Source: an uncultured Pelagibacteraceae bacterium (GTDB lineage Bacteria > Pseudomonadota > Alphaproteobacteria > Pelagibacterales > Pelagibacteraceae). From it: DNA of 64,000 bases. The stretch spans positions 25,890 to 89,889 of the forward strand of contig CACFOR010000004.1 in assembly GCA_902567785.1 (NCBI GenBank), given 5' to 3'. The stretch's first letter is position 1. Each line of letters starts with the position of its first letter. The notes under the pieces are model-generated. The model was not told where the DNA came from. It saw only the letters and a list, made by a program, of their open reading frames with translations, and ran no database searches. A program made the translations under genes and the position numbers. This document shows positions 36,772 through 47,733 of the stretch, one piece after another.

Positions 36772-37356
36772 ATGCTTAAAAAAGAAAATTTTTTTTTGAT
36801 CTTAGCATTTTCTATGGCTTTTATAGTAGCTTTATCAAATTATCTTGTTCAGTTTCCGGTTAATTATTTTGGTCTTAAAGATTTTTTCACCTATGGAGCT
36901 TTTAGTTATCCTGTTGCTTTCTTAATAACCGATCTAGCAAATCGAAAATTTGGAAAAATAACTGCTAGAAAAATTGTTTATGTAGGTTTTGTTTTTGGTT
37001 TAATTCTTACATTATGTTTCTCTACAGATTTTTCAAATTTAATATCAAAAAGAATTGCAGTTGGATCAGGAGTTGCCTTTTTGATTGCCCAATTATTTGA
37101 TGTACAAATTTTTGATAAATTAAGAAAAAAAATTTGGTTTGTTGCTCCTTTGGTTTCTTCTTTAATTGGTTCTTTTATTGACACTTTTTTATTTTTTTCG
37201 ATAGCATTTTATGGAACAGGAATAAATTGGATAACATTATCTTTAGGAGATCTGTCCGTGAAAATATTTGTTGCTTTGGTGATGTTGATTCCTTTTAAAA
37301 TTTTAATTTATAAATTTAAAGATGTTTCAAATGTGAAAAAAAAAGTTAGTGTATAG
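36772..37356 (+). CDS. YhhQ/DUF165-family queuosine-precursor transporter
   Basis: 194 aa membrane protein with [12 protein letters not shown]...KFG and [12 protein letters not shown] family-like motifs. Confidence 0.65.
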   Translation: MLKKENFFLILAFSMAFIVALSNYLVQFPVNYFGLKDFFTYGAFSYPVAFLITDLANRKFGKITARKIVYVGFVFGLILTLCFSTDFSNLISKRIAVGSGVAFLIAQLFDVQIFDKLRKKIWFVAPLVSSLIGSFIDTFLFFSIAFYGTGINWITLSLGDLSVKIFVALVMLIPFKILIYKFKDVSNVKKKVSV

Positions 37357-39148
37357 TTCTCTGCTTATCTTCTGAAAAAAGTTTTGTTAACTGATTTATC
37401 ATTACATCTCCAAGTTCCTGAACATCTGCTATTTTAATTGCTTTTTTATAGTATCTCGTTACATCATGACCTATGCCGACTGCAAGAATTTCTACGTCTG
37501 AATTCTCTTCAATCCACTTAACAGTTTGTTTTAAATGCTTTTCCAGGTAATCACCTGAATTTACAGACAAAGTTGAATCGTCAACTGGAGCTCCATCTGA
37601 AATAACCATCAATATTTTTCTTTCTTCTTTTCTCGCAACAATTCTTTTGAAAGCCCATATTAGAGCCTCTCCATCAATATTTTCTTTCAATAAACCTTCC
37701 TTTAACATTAAACCAAGATTTTTTTTTGCTTGTCTCCATTGTTTGTCAGCAGGTTTATAAATTATGTGTCTTAAGTCATTTAATCTACCGGGATTAATAG
37801 GTTTATTTTCTTGATTCCATTTTTCTCTACTTTGTCCGCCTTTCCAATTTTTTGTTGTGAATCCTAAAATTTCCACTTTAACCGAACATCTCTCTAAAGT
37901 TCTAGACAAGATGTCGGCACATATTGCAGCTACAGAAATGGGTCTACCACGCATGGATCCAGAGTTGTCAATGAGAAGAGTAACCACGGTATCTTTAAAC
38001 TCAGTTTCTTTTTCTATTTTGTAGGATAACGAATGTAGAGGATTAACTATAATCCTAGATAATTTTGATGCATCAAGCATTCCTTCTTCTAGATCAAATT
38101 CCCAAGATCTATTTTGTTTTGCTAAAAGTTGTCTTTGTAGTTTATTAGCTAGTTTAGCAATCAAATTTTGAAGATTTGTTAGCTGTTGATCTAAATTTTT
38201 TCTAAGTCTTGAAATTTCTTCCTCTTTTTCTAGTTCTTCAGCATTTTTTACTTCATCGAACTTACTTGTAAATACTTTATATTTTTCTTTTGAAGGACTC
38301 TTTTTGTTTACTCTAGATTCAATACTAACTTCTTTCTCGCTTTTTTGTTCAGAATCTTCATTTTCACTTGAAGGCTCCATATCACTTTCGGCCAAGCTTA
38401 GATCTGAATCTACACTATTCTCATCTTTACTTTGTCCTTGGTTATTTTCATTATTATTTTCTTCAGATGAAGAAGGATCTTCTTTTGTTGTATCTTTATC
38501 TTCTGTTTTATCTTTTGAAACTGAATCTTCAAAATTTAAATTTTCAATTAAATCCACTACTAATTCACTATAAGAATTTTGGTTTTCTATACATTTTTCT
38601 AATTCTTTTAATTTTGGTTTTAAATTTTTATCAAATGATTCTTGCCAATAACTCAATACTTTTTTTGTTGTCTGGTTTTGTTTAATCTTAAAAAAATGAT
38701 TTCTTAGATATAATTCAAAAGCTTCAGTTATAGGTACGTCAGCTTCGGTTGCTACTTCATCTATTTTTCTTTTTTTATATTTGTTTTCATAACATTGAGT
38801 AATATTGTTTTTTACTCCTTTTAATTTATTGCACCCTATTTTTTCATATCTGATTTTTTCGGCAATTGCATATAAAGTTTTGCTCATAGAACCGCTTGGC
38901 TCATTTTTTAAATATATATTTTTATTATTATATTTGATTTTTAAAGCTTCAGAATCAGCAAATGCTCTTAAGTTTGTAAAATCTTGAAGACTTGTTAAAT
39001 TTACAATTTCAGGCAAATTTAATGAATTTTTTTTAGTAATTGAGCTATTGTCAAATTTGATTTCAAGATCAAAATTTTCAGATATGGCCTTAACAGCAGA
39101 AGAAACTGCGGATTTAAATCTTTCTTTTAATAACTCTTTTTCATCCAT
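37346..39148 (-). CDS. cobT: CobT-like vWA-domain protein (partner of CobS-like AAA+ ATPase)
   Basis: 600 aa with a C-terminal vWA domain carrying a MIDAS motif ([11 protein letters not shown]). A central acidic low-complexity insert runs [24 protein letters not shown]...SENEDSEQ. Confidence 0.75.
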   Translation of the reverse strand: MDEKELLKERFKSAVSSAVKAISENFDLEIKFDNSSITKKNSLNLPEIVNLTSLQDFTNLRAFADSEALKIKYNNKNIYLKNEPSGSMSKTLYAIAEKIRYEKIGCNKLKGVKNNITQCYENKYKKRKIDEVATEADVPITEAFELYLRNHFFKIKQNQTTKKVLSYWQESFDKNLKPKLKELEKCIENQNSYSELVVDLIENLNFEDSVSKDKTEDKDTTKEDPSSSEENNNENNQGQSKDENSVDSDLSLAESDMEPSSENEDSEQKSEKEVSIESRVNKKSPSKEKYKVFTSKFDEVKNAEELEKEEEISRLRKNLDQQLTNLQNLIAKLANKLQRQLLAKQNRSWEFDLEEGMLDASKLSRIIVNPLHSLSYKIEKETEFKDTVVTLLIDNSGSMRGRPISVAAICADILSRTLERCSVKVEILGFTTKNWKGGQSREKWNQENKPINPGRLNDLRHIIYKPADKQWRQAKKNLGLMLKEGLLKENIDGEALIWAFKRIVARKEERKILMVISDGAPVDDSTLSVNSGDYLEKHLKQTVKWIEENSDVEILAVGIGHDVTRYYKKAIKIADVQELGDVMINQLTKLFSEDKQRTIH

Positions 39149-39157
39149 TTGGATTGT

Positions 39158-40132
39158 TTAAATTTTTATATTTATTGAAGATTCAGGCAAATCTTCCCCA
39201 AAGCATCTTTGATAATATTCAGCAATTATATTTTTTTCTAAGTCATCACACTTATTTAAAAAAGTCACTCTAAAAGCATATCCTACATCTTTAAATATTT
39301 CGGAATTTTCAGCCCAGTGCAAAACAGTCCGTGGGCTCATTACAGTTGAAATATCCCCATTTACAAATCCTTTTCTTGTTAAGTCAGCAACCTTTATCAT
39401 GTTCGAAACAATTTCTTTGCCTTCTTTTGTGTTATAATTTTTTGTTTTAGCAAGAATTATTTCTAATTCTTTTTCAAATTTTAGATAATTTAATGTTGTA
39501 ACTATATTCCATCTATCCATCTGCCCCTGATTTATCTGTTGAGTACCCTGATAAAGACCAGTAGTGTCACCAAGTCCTATGGTATTTGTTGTAGCAAACA
39601 ATCTAAATAAAGAGTGCTGTTTTAAAATTTTATTTTGGTCTAGCAATGTGAAACTTCCTTCTTTCTCAAGAACTCTTTGAATTACAAACATTACATCTGG
39701 CCGACCAGCATCATATTCGTCAAATACTAAAGCAATAGGATTTTGAATTGACCATGGTAGTATTCCTTCTTTAAATTCTGTAATTTGTTTGTTGTCTTTA
39801 ATAACAATTGCATCCTTGCCGATTAAATCTATACGACTTATATGACTATCTAAATTTACTCTTATACATGGCCAATTCAGTCTTGCAGCTACCTGTTCTA
39901 TATGAGTTGATTTTCCCGTTCCATGATAACCTTGAATCAAAACTCTTTTATTAAAAGCAAAACCATAAATTATTGCTAGTGTAGTATCTCTATCAAATTT
40001 ATAATTACTATCTACCTCAGGTACATATTTACTTTTTTTTGAAAATCCATCTATCTTCATATTAGTATCTATGCCAAAAATTTGATTTACAGAAACTTTT
40101 ATATCCGGAGTCAATTCACTTAAATTTGTCAT
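39158..40132 (-). CDS. cobS: CobS-like MoxR-class AAA+ ATPase
   Basis: 324 aa with Walker [10 protein letters not shown] and Walker B ALVFDEYD, directly upstream of the CobT-like gene. Confidence 0.8.
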   Translation of the reverse strand: MTNLSELTPDIKVSVNQIFGIDTNMKIDGFSKKSKYVPEVDSNYKFDRDTTLAIIYGFAFNKRVLIQGYHGTGKSTHIEQVAARLNWPCIRVNLDSHISRIDLIGKDAIVIKDNKQITEFKEGILPWSIQNPIALVFDEYDAGRPDVMFVIQRVLEKEGSFTLLDQNKILKQHSLFRLFATTNTIGLGDTTGLYQGTQQINQGQMDRWNIVTTLNYLKFEKELEIILAKTKNYNTKEGKEIVSNMIKVADLTRKGFVNGDISTVMSPRTVLHWAENSEIFKDVGYAFRVTFLNKCDDLEKNIIAEYYQRCFGEDLPESSINIKI

Positions 40133-40136
40133 AATT

Positions 40137-40655
40137 TTACTTTTTTATCATTATAATTTTCAAATGGCTATAAGCCAAAGTTATTTTTTTCAATTTATCT
40201 TCAAATTGCTTATTACCCGCGTTTTTATCAGGATGAAATTTTTTTACAAGGGATTTAAATTTTTTTTGTATGATTGGCCAACTTGCATTTAATTCTAAAT
40301 CCATAATTCTAAATGCATCTTTATCTCTTTCGCTTAACTTTTTTTCATTTAGTTTATTTATGTCCCCATCTTTTTTGAAAAAATTGAACTTGTCATTTAG
40401 GGCATTATTCCACAATATACTAAAAAAATTATCAGCCGAACCAAATTTTTGAGTAGGCCGATGCCATGTGACATCTGATTTTATAAAACTTTCAATTTCT
40501 TCTTGATTCATACCATCAAAATAATTCCAGTTTTTATTAAATGATTTTATGTGTTCTTTACACAACCATCTATAATTTTTACTATTATCTCTTTCCAAAG
40601 GTGCTTTGAAATCACCGTTTTCGTTACAGTTGTACCATTCACAAATATTTTTCAT
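40137..40655 (-). CDS. J-domain (DnaJ-like) protein with Cys-rich N-terminus
   Basis: 172 aa with a C-terminal J domain carrying HPD ([18 protein letters not shown]). The N-terminus is CEWYNC...WLCKEH. Confidence 0.7.
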   Translation of the reverse strand: MKNICEWYNCNENGDFKAPLERDNSKNYRWLCKEHIKSFNKNWNYFDGMNQEEIESFIKSDVTWHRPTQKFGSADNFFSILWNNALNDKFNFFKKDGDINKLNEKKLSERDKDAFRIMDLELNASWPIIQKKFKSLVKKFHPDKNAGNKQFEDKLKKITLAYSHLKIIMIKK

Positions 40656-40698
40656 TGTTTAAAACTATTATATGTTCTAAGCTTTTTGAAGCAAAATC

Positions 40699-40950
40699 AT
40701 GACTTTATTTGATAAAATAAAAGGAAAAATTGATCAAAAAATTAATCCTAAAAATATAACACTAATTGATAATTCTAAATTTCATACCAAACACAAATCT
40801 TTTGATTCGAATAAGGTTCATTTAAAAATTATAATAGAATCTAATGAATTAAAAAATATGACCAAGATTGAAGCTCATAAGGAAATTTTTTCAATTTTAA
40901 AAGATGAAATGAAAAATAAAATCCATGCACTTGAAATTGAAATTAAATAA
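40699..40950 (+). CDS. BolA-family protein
   Basis: 83 aa with BolA-like HTKHKS...HLKIIIES..F......EAHKEIFSIL....IHALEI. Confidence 0.7.
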   Translation: MTLFDKIKGKIDQKINPKNITLIDNSKFHTKHKSFDSNKVHLKIIIESNELKNMTKIEAHKEIFSILKDEMKNKIHALEIEIK

Positions 40951-40952
40951 GC

Positions 40953-42065
40953 TTAATTATAATAGGAATTTAAAAAATTTCTTATTTCCAAATCTCTTAA
41001 TGAAACTTGTTTAGGATTTGTAGTTTTGCCAATTTTTTTCAATAAGATTAAATTGATTTTATCACTAGTATTTTTTTTATCTCTTTTCATAAAATTTATA
41101 ATTTTTTTAATATCTCCTTTTTTAAATATTTTTTTAATATTAAATAATAAATTTAAATTATAGTAATGTTTCTTTATTGATAATAAATCCTTTTCTGATA
41201 ATAGTTTTTTTTGCTTTGATAATTCACTAGCAATTATCATTCCTAGTAAAACTGCTTCACCATGATTTAATTTTTTTGAAAAATTTTTTGCACCTTCAAA
41301 ACCGTGTGCAAAAGTATGTCCAAAATTTAATATCATTCTTAAGTCTTTTTCTTTCTCATCTTTACTCACTATTTTACTTTTAATTATGCAACTTTTAAAA
41401 ATTGCATTTACCAGATAGTTTTTATTTTTTTTATATAATATTTTTTTTCCATTTTTAGAAAGCCATAGAAAGAATTTTTTGTCATATATTAAAGAATGTT
41501 TTAATATTTCACCATATCCGGAAATTAATTCTCTTTGAGGCAAACTCTTAAGAGTTGAAACGTCACTTAATATAAAGTCTGGCTGATAAAATGTTCCTAT
41601 TAAATTTTTTCCCTGCTTTGTATTAATACCAGTTTTACCACCAATCGAAGCATCAACTTGTGCTAATAGCGTCGTAGGAATATTAACAAATTTTAATCCT
41701 CTTTTTGTTAGACTAGAAACAAAAGCAGATAAATCTCCAAAAATACCACCACCAAAAGCTATTATGCAATCTGATCTATTAAAATTATTTTTTAAAAGTT
41801 TTTCAATAATTTTATTTGCAATTTTTAAGCTTTTAGTTTTTTCCTGGGCTGGTAGTTTAAATAAAGTAATTTCATATTTTTTTAGTGAAGTAATTGTTTT
41901 TTTCAATAAATGTTTTGGTAGTTTATTATCAGTAATTATGCATATTTTTTTTACGCCAGGTAATTGAGATTCAATTATTTTTCCAGTTTTGTTTAAAAGA
42001 TTACTACCAAAATAAATTGGATATATTTTACTTTTAGTTTTAATAAATAATTTAGTTTTTTTCAT
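40953..42065 (-). CDS. aroB: 3-dehydroquinate synthase
   Basis: 370 aa with GGGIFGDLSAFVSS, VDASIGGKTGIN and NFGHTFAH...HGEAV motifs. Confidence 0.9.
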   Translation of the reverse strand: MKKTKLFIKTKSKIYPIYFGSNLLNKTGKIIESQLPGVKKICIITDNKLPKHLLKKTITSLKKYEITLFKLPAQEKTKSLKIANKIIEKLLKNNFNRSDCIIAFGGGIFGDLSAFVSSLTKRGLKFVNIPTTLLAQVDASIGGKTGINTKQGKNLIGTFYQPDFILSDVSTLKSLPQRELISGYGEILKHSLIYDKKFFLWLSKNGKKILYKKNKNYLVNAIFKSCIIKSKIVSKDEKEKDLRMILNFGHTFAHGFEGAKNFSKKLNHGEAVLLGMIIASELSKQKKLLSEKDLLSIKKHYYNLNLLFNIKKIFKKGDIKKIINFMKRDKKNTSDKINLILLKKIGKTTNPKQVSLRDLEIRNFLNSYYN

Positions 42066-42564
42066 AAAAAGATATAATTTTTTTTGCTATTTTTTTTTTG
42101 CTTATACCGTCACAATTGATTTTATATTTGGCCAATTTATATATATTTTTTCTTTCATTGTATAATTTTTTTATTATTTCTTCAGTATTTTCACCTTCTA
42201 GCAAAGGTCTTTTTTTACTCCATTTTGTTCTTTTGTATAAAGTTTTTAAGTTTAAGTCTAACCAGATAGAGATTGAATTTTTTAAAATTGCATCTCTTAT
42301 TTTTTTGTTAATAAACGCTCCACCACCAACGGCTACAACAGAATTATTTTTTTTTAGCGATTTTATGACCTCCTGCTCTTCTTGGTGCCTAAAAAATTCT
42401 TCACCCTTTTTTTTAAATATTTCATGAATTTTCATAGAACAATTCTTTTCGATGTTAAAATCTGTATCGATAAATTTTATATTGAGCATTTTAGCCACAA
42501 TTTTACCCAAGGTAGATTTACCAGTACCCATCATTCCCAATAAAATTAGGTTTTTTTTCAACAC
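42052..42564 (-). CDS. aroK: Shikimate kinase
   Basis: 170 aa with P-loop GMMGTGKST and GGGAF. It overlaps aroB. Confidence 0.9.
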   Translation of the reverse strand: MLKKNLILLGMMGTGKSTLGKIVAKMLNIKFIDTDFNIEKNCSMKIHEIFKKKGEEFFRHQEEQEVIKSLKKNNSVVAVGGGAFINKKIRDAILKNSISIWLDLNLKTLYKRTKWSKKRPLLEGENTEEIIKKLYNERKNIYKLAKYKINCDGISKKKIAKKIISFYEKN

Positions 42565-42634
42565 TACAAGATATTTTAAATTTGATTTTTCACAATTATG
42601 TCTTATTTTTCAGTGTAAATATAATTTGATAAAT

Positions 42635-42820
42635 ATGCAACTTAGATTAAGACCAAGAACAAGTAGAAATTTAATTAGTAAAAATTTGATAATCAAAGCC
42701 GTTTTGATTCTTGTGGTTTTGTTTTTGGGAATATTTTTGCTTGATAAAATAGATTTTCCAGCTCCTACAAAACCTATCAAGCAAGTAATTAGTAATGATA
42801 AGCTTATCACACTTAAATAA
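42635..42820 (+). CDS. Small single-pass membrane protein (61 aa), distal part of ORF-track entry 42452..42820
   Basis: From the ATG at 42635 it reads MQLRLRPRTSRNLISKNLIIKAVLILVVLFLGIFLLDKIDFPAPTKP..., a basic N-terminus followed by one TM. The upstream part of the tracked ORF is antisense to aroK and is discounted. Confidence 0.35.
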   Translation: MQLRLRPRTSRNLISKNLIIKAVLILVVLFLGIFLLDKIDFPAPTKPIKQVISNDKLITLK

Positions 42821-44534
42821 AATAACACTTTACATAATTTTATTTACAATTTTAGTTTCAAGCATTGTGCGCAGTGACGATGAACCTGCAGATATTTGGA
42901 AAAAAGAAGAAAAAAAAGTGGAGACGGAACAAAATGATAATAATGAAAATGATATTACTATAAAAAGTCCTATTCTTTCAAAAGACATAAATAAAATTGT
43001 AATAAAAATTGATGAAGATGAAATTAACAACAAAGAAAAAACCGTAATAGGTATATTTGATCCTGAAGAAAATAATTTCAATTTAAACATGTGGTCCAAA
43101 ACTGATGGTGCAGAAATTACAAAAATTTTAAAAAGAATAGATAAATTAAAACTTTCAAAACTTTCAGAAGATTTACTTTTTCAAGTATTATTTACTAATG
43201 CGTATGCACCTAAAAAAAATTTGAGTGAAGAAAATTTTTTAAAAATAAAAATTGAATGGCTAATTAATAAAAATAGAATTAAAGATTTAGAAAAATTTTT
43301 AAAGACCAACTCAGAAGCAGGAAAAAGCACTAAGGCAATAAAATTTTTAGTTAATGAATATCTCTCTTCAGGGGATATAAAATCAGCTTGTGAAAAAATA
43401 AGTTTTATTGATCAAAAAGTACAAAATAACTATTTAGAAAAATTTACAATTTATTGTTTAATAAATAATAATCGTAAAGAAGAAGGTCAATTACTTTTTG
43501 ATCTTTTAATGGAAAGAGGTTTCAAAGACGCTTTTTTTGTAGACAAAATTAATTTTTTGTTAGGAATGAAAAATACAACTAATCAAAAAATTAGAGATGA
43601 TAATCTTTTAAATTTTTATTTATCTTATGTTACTAGTAATGATTTTAAATATGAACCTGATAGCAAAACAGATAAGTATATATGGAGATATCTTTCTTCA
43701 GCAAATTTAATACAAATAAATAATATTGAAGATGAAAATATAATATTATCATACGAGCAAGCTGCGGCAGAAAATTCTTTTGATAGTGATGAAATTTTTA
43801 AAATTTATTTAGGCATGAATTTCAATTTTAGCCAACTAAAAAATTCTGATGAAATTTATAAAAATTTATCAAATTATAAAGCTAGAGCTTTAATTTATCA
43901 AAGTATGTTATTAAGTGATAATATAGAAAAAAAACTTAGTTTAGCTTTTCTTTTAAAAGAATTATTTATTAAGGATAAAATTTTAAATGTTTACACTGAA
44001 GAATTATCAAATTTTTTAAAATCAATAGACCCTAAAGAAATTCCAGAGGATTATAAAGATTTAGTGGAAAAAAATTTAGATGTAAAAACGGCAACAAAAG
44101 TAAAATTTGATAATGACATTTTACATAGATCTAAAGTTATCAAACACTTCTTAAATGAAGAAGTGGAGCCTAGTAAAACTGAAAAAGATTTAAAGTCGGT
44201 TTATAAAAAAATTAAAAAAAATAAAAAATATTTCATTTCTATAAATGATATTGTTGTTCTAGATTCTTTGGTTGCCGATGGTATAAATTTACCTGAAGGT
44301 TTAGATTATTCAGAATTTTCTTCTCAACTGACAGTTCCAAAAAATCTATATGACTTGGCCAACAATAATGAAATTGGTCTAGTTATGCTTAAAATTGTAG
44401 AAATAATTGGAGAAGATAATGTTAAAGATTTAGATCCCGAAACAATATATTTTTTAAATAAGATATTAAATGAACTCAAATTAAAAAAAATAAGAAACAA
44501 TATTTTAAGTACAGCATTACCTGTTAGAGTTTAA
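42795..44534 (+). CDS. Secreted hypothetical protein (helical-repeat-like)
   Basis: 579 aa with a signal peptide (LYIILFTILVSSIVRS). No catalytic motifs were recognised. Confidence 0.55.
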   Translation: MISLSHLNKITLYIILFTILVSSIVRSDDEPADIWKKEEKKVETEQNDNNENDITIKSPILSKDINKIVIKIDEDEINNKEKTVIGIFDPEENNFNLNMWSKTDGAEITKILKRIDKLKLSKLSEDLLFQVLFTNAYAPKKNLSEENFLKIKIEWLINKNRIKDLEKFLKTNSEAGKSTKAIKFLVNEYLSSGDIKSACEKISFIDQKVQNNYLEKFTIYCLINNNRKEEGQLLFDLLMERGFKDAFFVDKINFLLGMKNTTNQKIRDDNLLNFYLSYVTSNDFKYEPDSKTDKYIWRYLSSANLIQINNIEDENIILSYEQAAAENSFDSDEIFKIYLGMNFNFSQLKNSDEIYKNLSNYKARALIYQSMLLSDNIEKKLSLAFLLKELFIKDKILNVYTEELSNFLKSIDPKEIPEDYKDLVEKNLDVKTATKVKFDNDILHRSKVIKHFLNEEVEPSKTEKDLKSVYKKIKKNKKYFISINDIVVLDSLVADGINLPEGLDYSEFSSQLTVPKNLYDLANNNEIGLVMLKIVEIIGEDNVKDLDPETIYFLNKILNELKLKKIRNNILSTALPVRV

Positions 44535-44600
44535 ATTCTTAATTATTTATAAAGCCCCTATTACTTGACTATAATAACCTTATAATTTATTCATATTTAC

Positions 44601-45125
44601 ATGGCTTTAAGACAAATTTTAACTGAACCAAACAAAATATTAAGGGAAAAATCAACGAATGTTGAAAAAGTTGATGATGAAATAAGAAAACTTATGGATG
44701 ATATGTTAGAAACTATGTATGCAGCACCTGGTATTGGTTTAGCAGCAATTCAAGTTGGCATACCAAAAAGAATAATTGTTCTAGATATATCAGGCAAGGA
44801 TCAAGTAAAAAAACCAATGTATTTTGTTAATCCAGAAATATTAGATAAGTCTAGCACCAACTCTACCTACGAAGAAGGATGTCTTTCTGTTCCAGGTCAA
44901 TTTGCAGAAATAGACAGGCCAGAAAAATGTTATATAAAATTTTTAGATTATTATGGCAAACCACAAGAAATTAAAGCTGAAGGTATGCTCGCTACTTGTA
45001 TTCAGCACGAAATAGATCACTTGGAGGGTATATTGTTTATTGATTATCTATCAAAATTAAAAAAATCTATGATTATAAAAAAGCTTTCAAAACAAAAGAA
45101 AGCAATTGAAAGGATTATAGTTTAA
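44601..45125 (+). CDS. def: Peptide deformylase
   Basis: 174 aa with GIGLAAIQVG, EGCLSVPG and HEIDHLEG motifs. Confidence 0.95.
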   Translation: MALRQILTEPNKILREKSTNVEKVDDEIRKLMDDMLETMYAAPGIGLAAIQVGIPKRIIVLDISGKDQVKKPMYFVNPEILDKSSTNSTYEEGCLSVPGQFAEIDRPEKCYIKFLDYYGKPQEIKAEGMLATCIQHEIDHLEGILFIDYLSKLKKSMIIKKLSKQKKAIERIIV

Positions 45126-45141
45126 ATTCACTAATACATCG

Positions 45142-46062
45142 ATGTCACTTAAAATAGTTTTTATGGGAACACCTAATTTTTCGGTTTCCGCCCTAGATGC
45201 TCTTTTAAAAAATAAATTTAATCTAGCGTGCGTTTATACTCAGCCACCTAAAAAATCTAAAAGAGGACAAAAAGTTAATTTTTCACCAGTAGAAGAATTT
45301 TGTAAAAAAAATCAACTACTTATTAAAAATCCAATAAATTTAAATAATCATAATGAATTTGAAATTTTCAAAAAATTGTCTCCCGATATAGTTATTGTAG
45401 TTGCTTATGGAAAATTAATTCCAAAGAATTTTTTGAACATACCTAAATTTGGTTTTATAAATATTCATGCATCCTTACTTCCAAGATGGAGAGGAGCCGC
45501 ACCAATTCAAAGAGCAATAATAAACGGAGATAAAACGACAGGTATAAGCATAATGAAGATTGAAGAAAAATTGGATAGCGGTCCTGTTTTAGTAACAAAA
45601 AAATTGGAATTAAATAATACTGATACTCATGGTCTAGTTGAAAAAAAACTATCAACAATAGGAGCAAATTTGTTAATTGAAAGCCTAAAGATCATTGGGT
45701 CTGGTAAAGCAAAGTTTTTAGACCAAGATAAATCTCAAGCCACATATGCCAAAAAAATAGAAAAAAACGAAACAAAAATAAACTGGAATTTGAACGCAGA
45801 TAAAGTTTTAGGACATATTCATGGTTTAAGCCCGTATCCTGGAGCATGGTTTCAATATAAAGGGGAACGTTTTAAAGTTTTAAAAGCAAAAATATCTTCA
45901 AAAATAGGAAAGGCAGGTTTTGTACTTGATGAAAATTTAACAGTAGGATGCAATACAAATTCTATTCAAATTTTAGAACTACAAAGACAGGGAAAAAATA
46001 AGCAAACTATGAAAGAATTTTTATTAGGTAACAAAATTAACAAGGATACAAATTTAATTTGA
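45142..46062 (+). CDS. fmt: Methionyl-tRNA formyltransferase
   Basis: 306 aa with FMGTPNFS, NIHASLLPRWRGAAPIQRAI. Confidence 0.95.
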   Translation: MSLKIVFMGTPNFSVSALDALLKNKFNLACVYTQPPKKSKRGQKVNFSPVEEFCKKNQLLIKNPINLNNHNEFEIFKKLSPDIVIVVAYGKLIPKNFLNIPKFGFINIHASLLPRWRGAAPIQRAIINGDKTTGISIMKIEEKLDSGPVLVTKKLELNNTDTHGLVEKKLSTIGANLLIESLKIIGSGKAKFLDQDKSQATYAKKIEKNETKINWNLNADKVLGHIHGLSPYPGAWFQYKGERFKVLKAKISSKIGKAGFVLDENLTVGCNTNSIQILELQRQGKNKQTMKEFLLGNKINKDTNLI

Positions 46063-46799
46063 TGCAAAGGTATAAAATAAAAATAGAATATGAAGGAACA
46101 CCATTTGTTGGATGGCAATTTCAAAAAAATGGCCAATCTGTTCAAGAAGTATTACAAAAAGCAATATTCAATTTTACAAGTGAAAAAGTTGCTGTTATTG
46201 GAGCTGGAAGAACAGATTCAGGAGTGCACGCTTTAGCACAAGTTGCACACTTTGATTTAAAAAAAAAAATTGATTACAAAAATATTTTACCAGCTATTAA
46301 CCAAAATATCAGTAACAAAGCAGTAACAGTTTTAAAAATATACAAAACAAATAACAAATTTCATGCACGACATGATGCAAAAAAAAGGACTTATCATTAT
46401 TCGATTGTTAATAGACCTTCTCCTTTAGCGCTTCAAAAAAATAAAGCTTGGCATATAAGGAAAAAGCTAAGTGTAAATTCTATGCAAAAAGGTGCTAAAT
46501 TTTTGCAAGGAACTCATGATTTTTCAACTTTTAGGGCAGCGTCTTGTGGTGCTAAATCACCAATCAAAACTATTGAAAAAATTTTAGTAAGAAAAAATAA
46601 AGATAAAATTACTTTGGAGTTTACTTCCAGATCGTTTTTACAACAACAAGTTAGATCAATGGTAGGATGTTTAAAGTATTTAGGTGAAGGAAAATGGAAT
46701 TTAAATGATTTTATAAAATCATTTAAATCAAAAAGTCGGGCAAAGTGTGCTCCTCCCGCACCTGCTTGTGGTCTTTATTTGGTAAAAATTCAATATTAA
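46059..46799 (+). CDS. truA: tRNA pseudouridine(38-40) synthase
   Basis: 246 aa with GAGRTDSGVHA carrying the catalytic Asp. It overlaps fmt by 4 nt. Confidence 0.9.
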   Translation: MMQRYKIKIEYEGTPFVGWQFQKNGQSVQEVLQKAIFNFTSEKVAVIGAGRTDSGVHALAQVAHFDLKKKIDYKNILPAINQNISNKAVTVLKIYKTNNKFHARHDAKKRTYHYSIVNRPSPLALQKNKAWHIRKKLSVNSMQKGAKFLQGTHDFSTFRAASCGAKSPIKTIEKILVRKNKDKITLEFTSRSFLQQQVRSMVGCLKYLGEGKWNLNDFIKSFKSKSRAKCAPPAPACGLYLVKIQY

Positions 46800-47722
46800 T
46801 ATTCTAAAAAAGATTTTATATGGTAATCAACACTTTCTTTAAGTGCATTTAAATCATACCCACCTTCTAAAATAGATACAACTTTTCCGTCACAAAGTTC
46901 TCTAGATAATGTTAATATTCTTTTTGTTAAAGTATAATAATCTTTTGATCTCAGATTAATTTGTGCAAGAGGATCATCTTTGTGAGCATCAAATCCAGCA
47001 GATAATAAAATAAATTCAGGTTTAAATTCTTTTAATTTTTTAAAAATACTTTCATAAGCATTTAAGAATTCATGAGATTGTGTACCGGCACTTAAAGGTA
47101 TATTTAATATATTATTTTTATTCCCTTTTTCACTCGCAGCACCTGAGCCGGGATAATATGGATATTGATGGGAAGAAATATAAAGAACTTTTTCATTATC
47201 ATAAAAAATGTCTTGAGTTCCATTGCCATGATGAACATCAAAATCAATAATTGCGACTTTTTTCAATTTATATTTTTCTAATAAATAACAGGCACCTACA
47301 GCTATATTGTTATAAACACAAAATCCCATAGCTTTTTGTTTTTCGGCGTGATGTCCTGGTGGTCTTACAGCACAAAAAGCATTTTTGAATTCTTTTTTTA
47401 TAACACCATCTATACCTGTTAGTATTGATCCAACCGCATCAATGGTTGCCTCCTTGCTTCCAGGTGAAACTATTGTATCCCCATCTAAAAAATTTAAACC
47501 TTGTTTTGGAAAAGATTCTTTAATTGTATTTAGGTAATTTGTATCATGAGCATACTCAAGATACTTAAGATTGAATTTTACAGGTTTTTTCCATATTAGA
47601 TTTTTAGAATTTATTTTTTTTAGATGTTCAATAACAACAGTTACACGATCTGCTCTTTCAGGATGACCTTGGCCAGTATTGTGATTCAAATAAGAGTCGG
47701 TTGTTACAATACAAGTTTTCAT
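46796..47722 (-). CDS. Histone deacetylase-family (class II-like) deacetylase / acetylpolyamine amidohydrolase-like
   Basis: 308 aa with RPPGHHA, DFDVHHGNGTQ and GFDAH motifs. Confidence 0.85.
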   Translation of the reverse strand: MKTCIVTTDSYLNHNTGQGHPERADRVTVVIEHLKKINSKNLIWKKPVKFNLKYLEYAHDTNYLNTIKESFPKQGLNFLDGDTIVSPGSKEATIDAVGSILTGIDGVIKKEFKNAFCAVRPPGHHAEKQKAMGFCVYNNIAVGACYLLEKYKLKKVAIIDFDVHHGNGTQDIFYDNEKVLYISSHQYPYYPGSGAASEKGNKNNILNIPLSAGTQSHEFLNAYESIFKKLKEFKPEFILLSAGFDAHKDDPLAQINLRSKDYYTLTKRILTLSRELCDGKVVSILEGGYDLNALKESVDYHIKSFLEY

Positions 47723-47733
47723 TACAAATATTA

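Noticed and set aside
38304-38685. Plus-strand ORFs (89 and 105 aa) inside the cobT-like gene
   Set aside because: They are antisense to the acidic low-complexity region of a well-supported gene.
42452-42634. N-terminal 61 codons of the 122-aa ORF-track entry 42452..42820
   Set aside because: This part overlaps aroK in antisense. Only the portion from the ATG at 42635 lies in intergenic DNA and looks protein-like.
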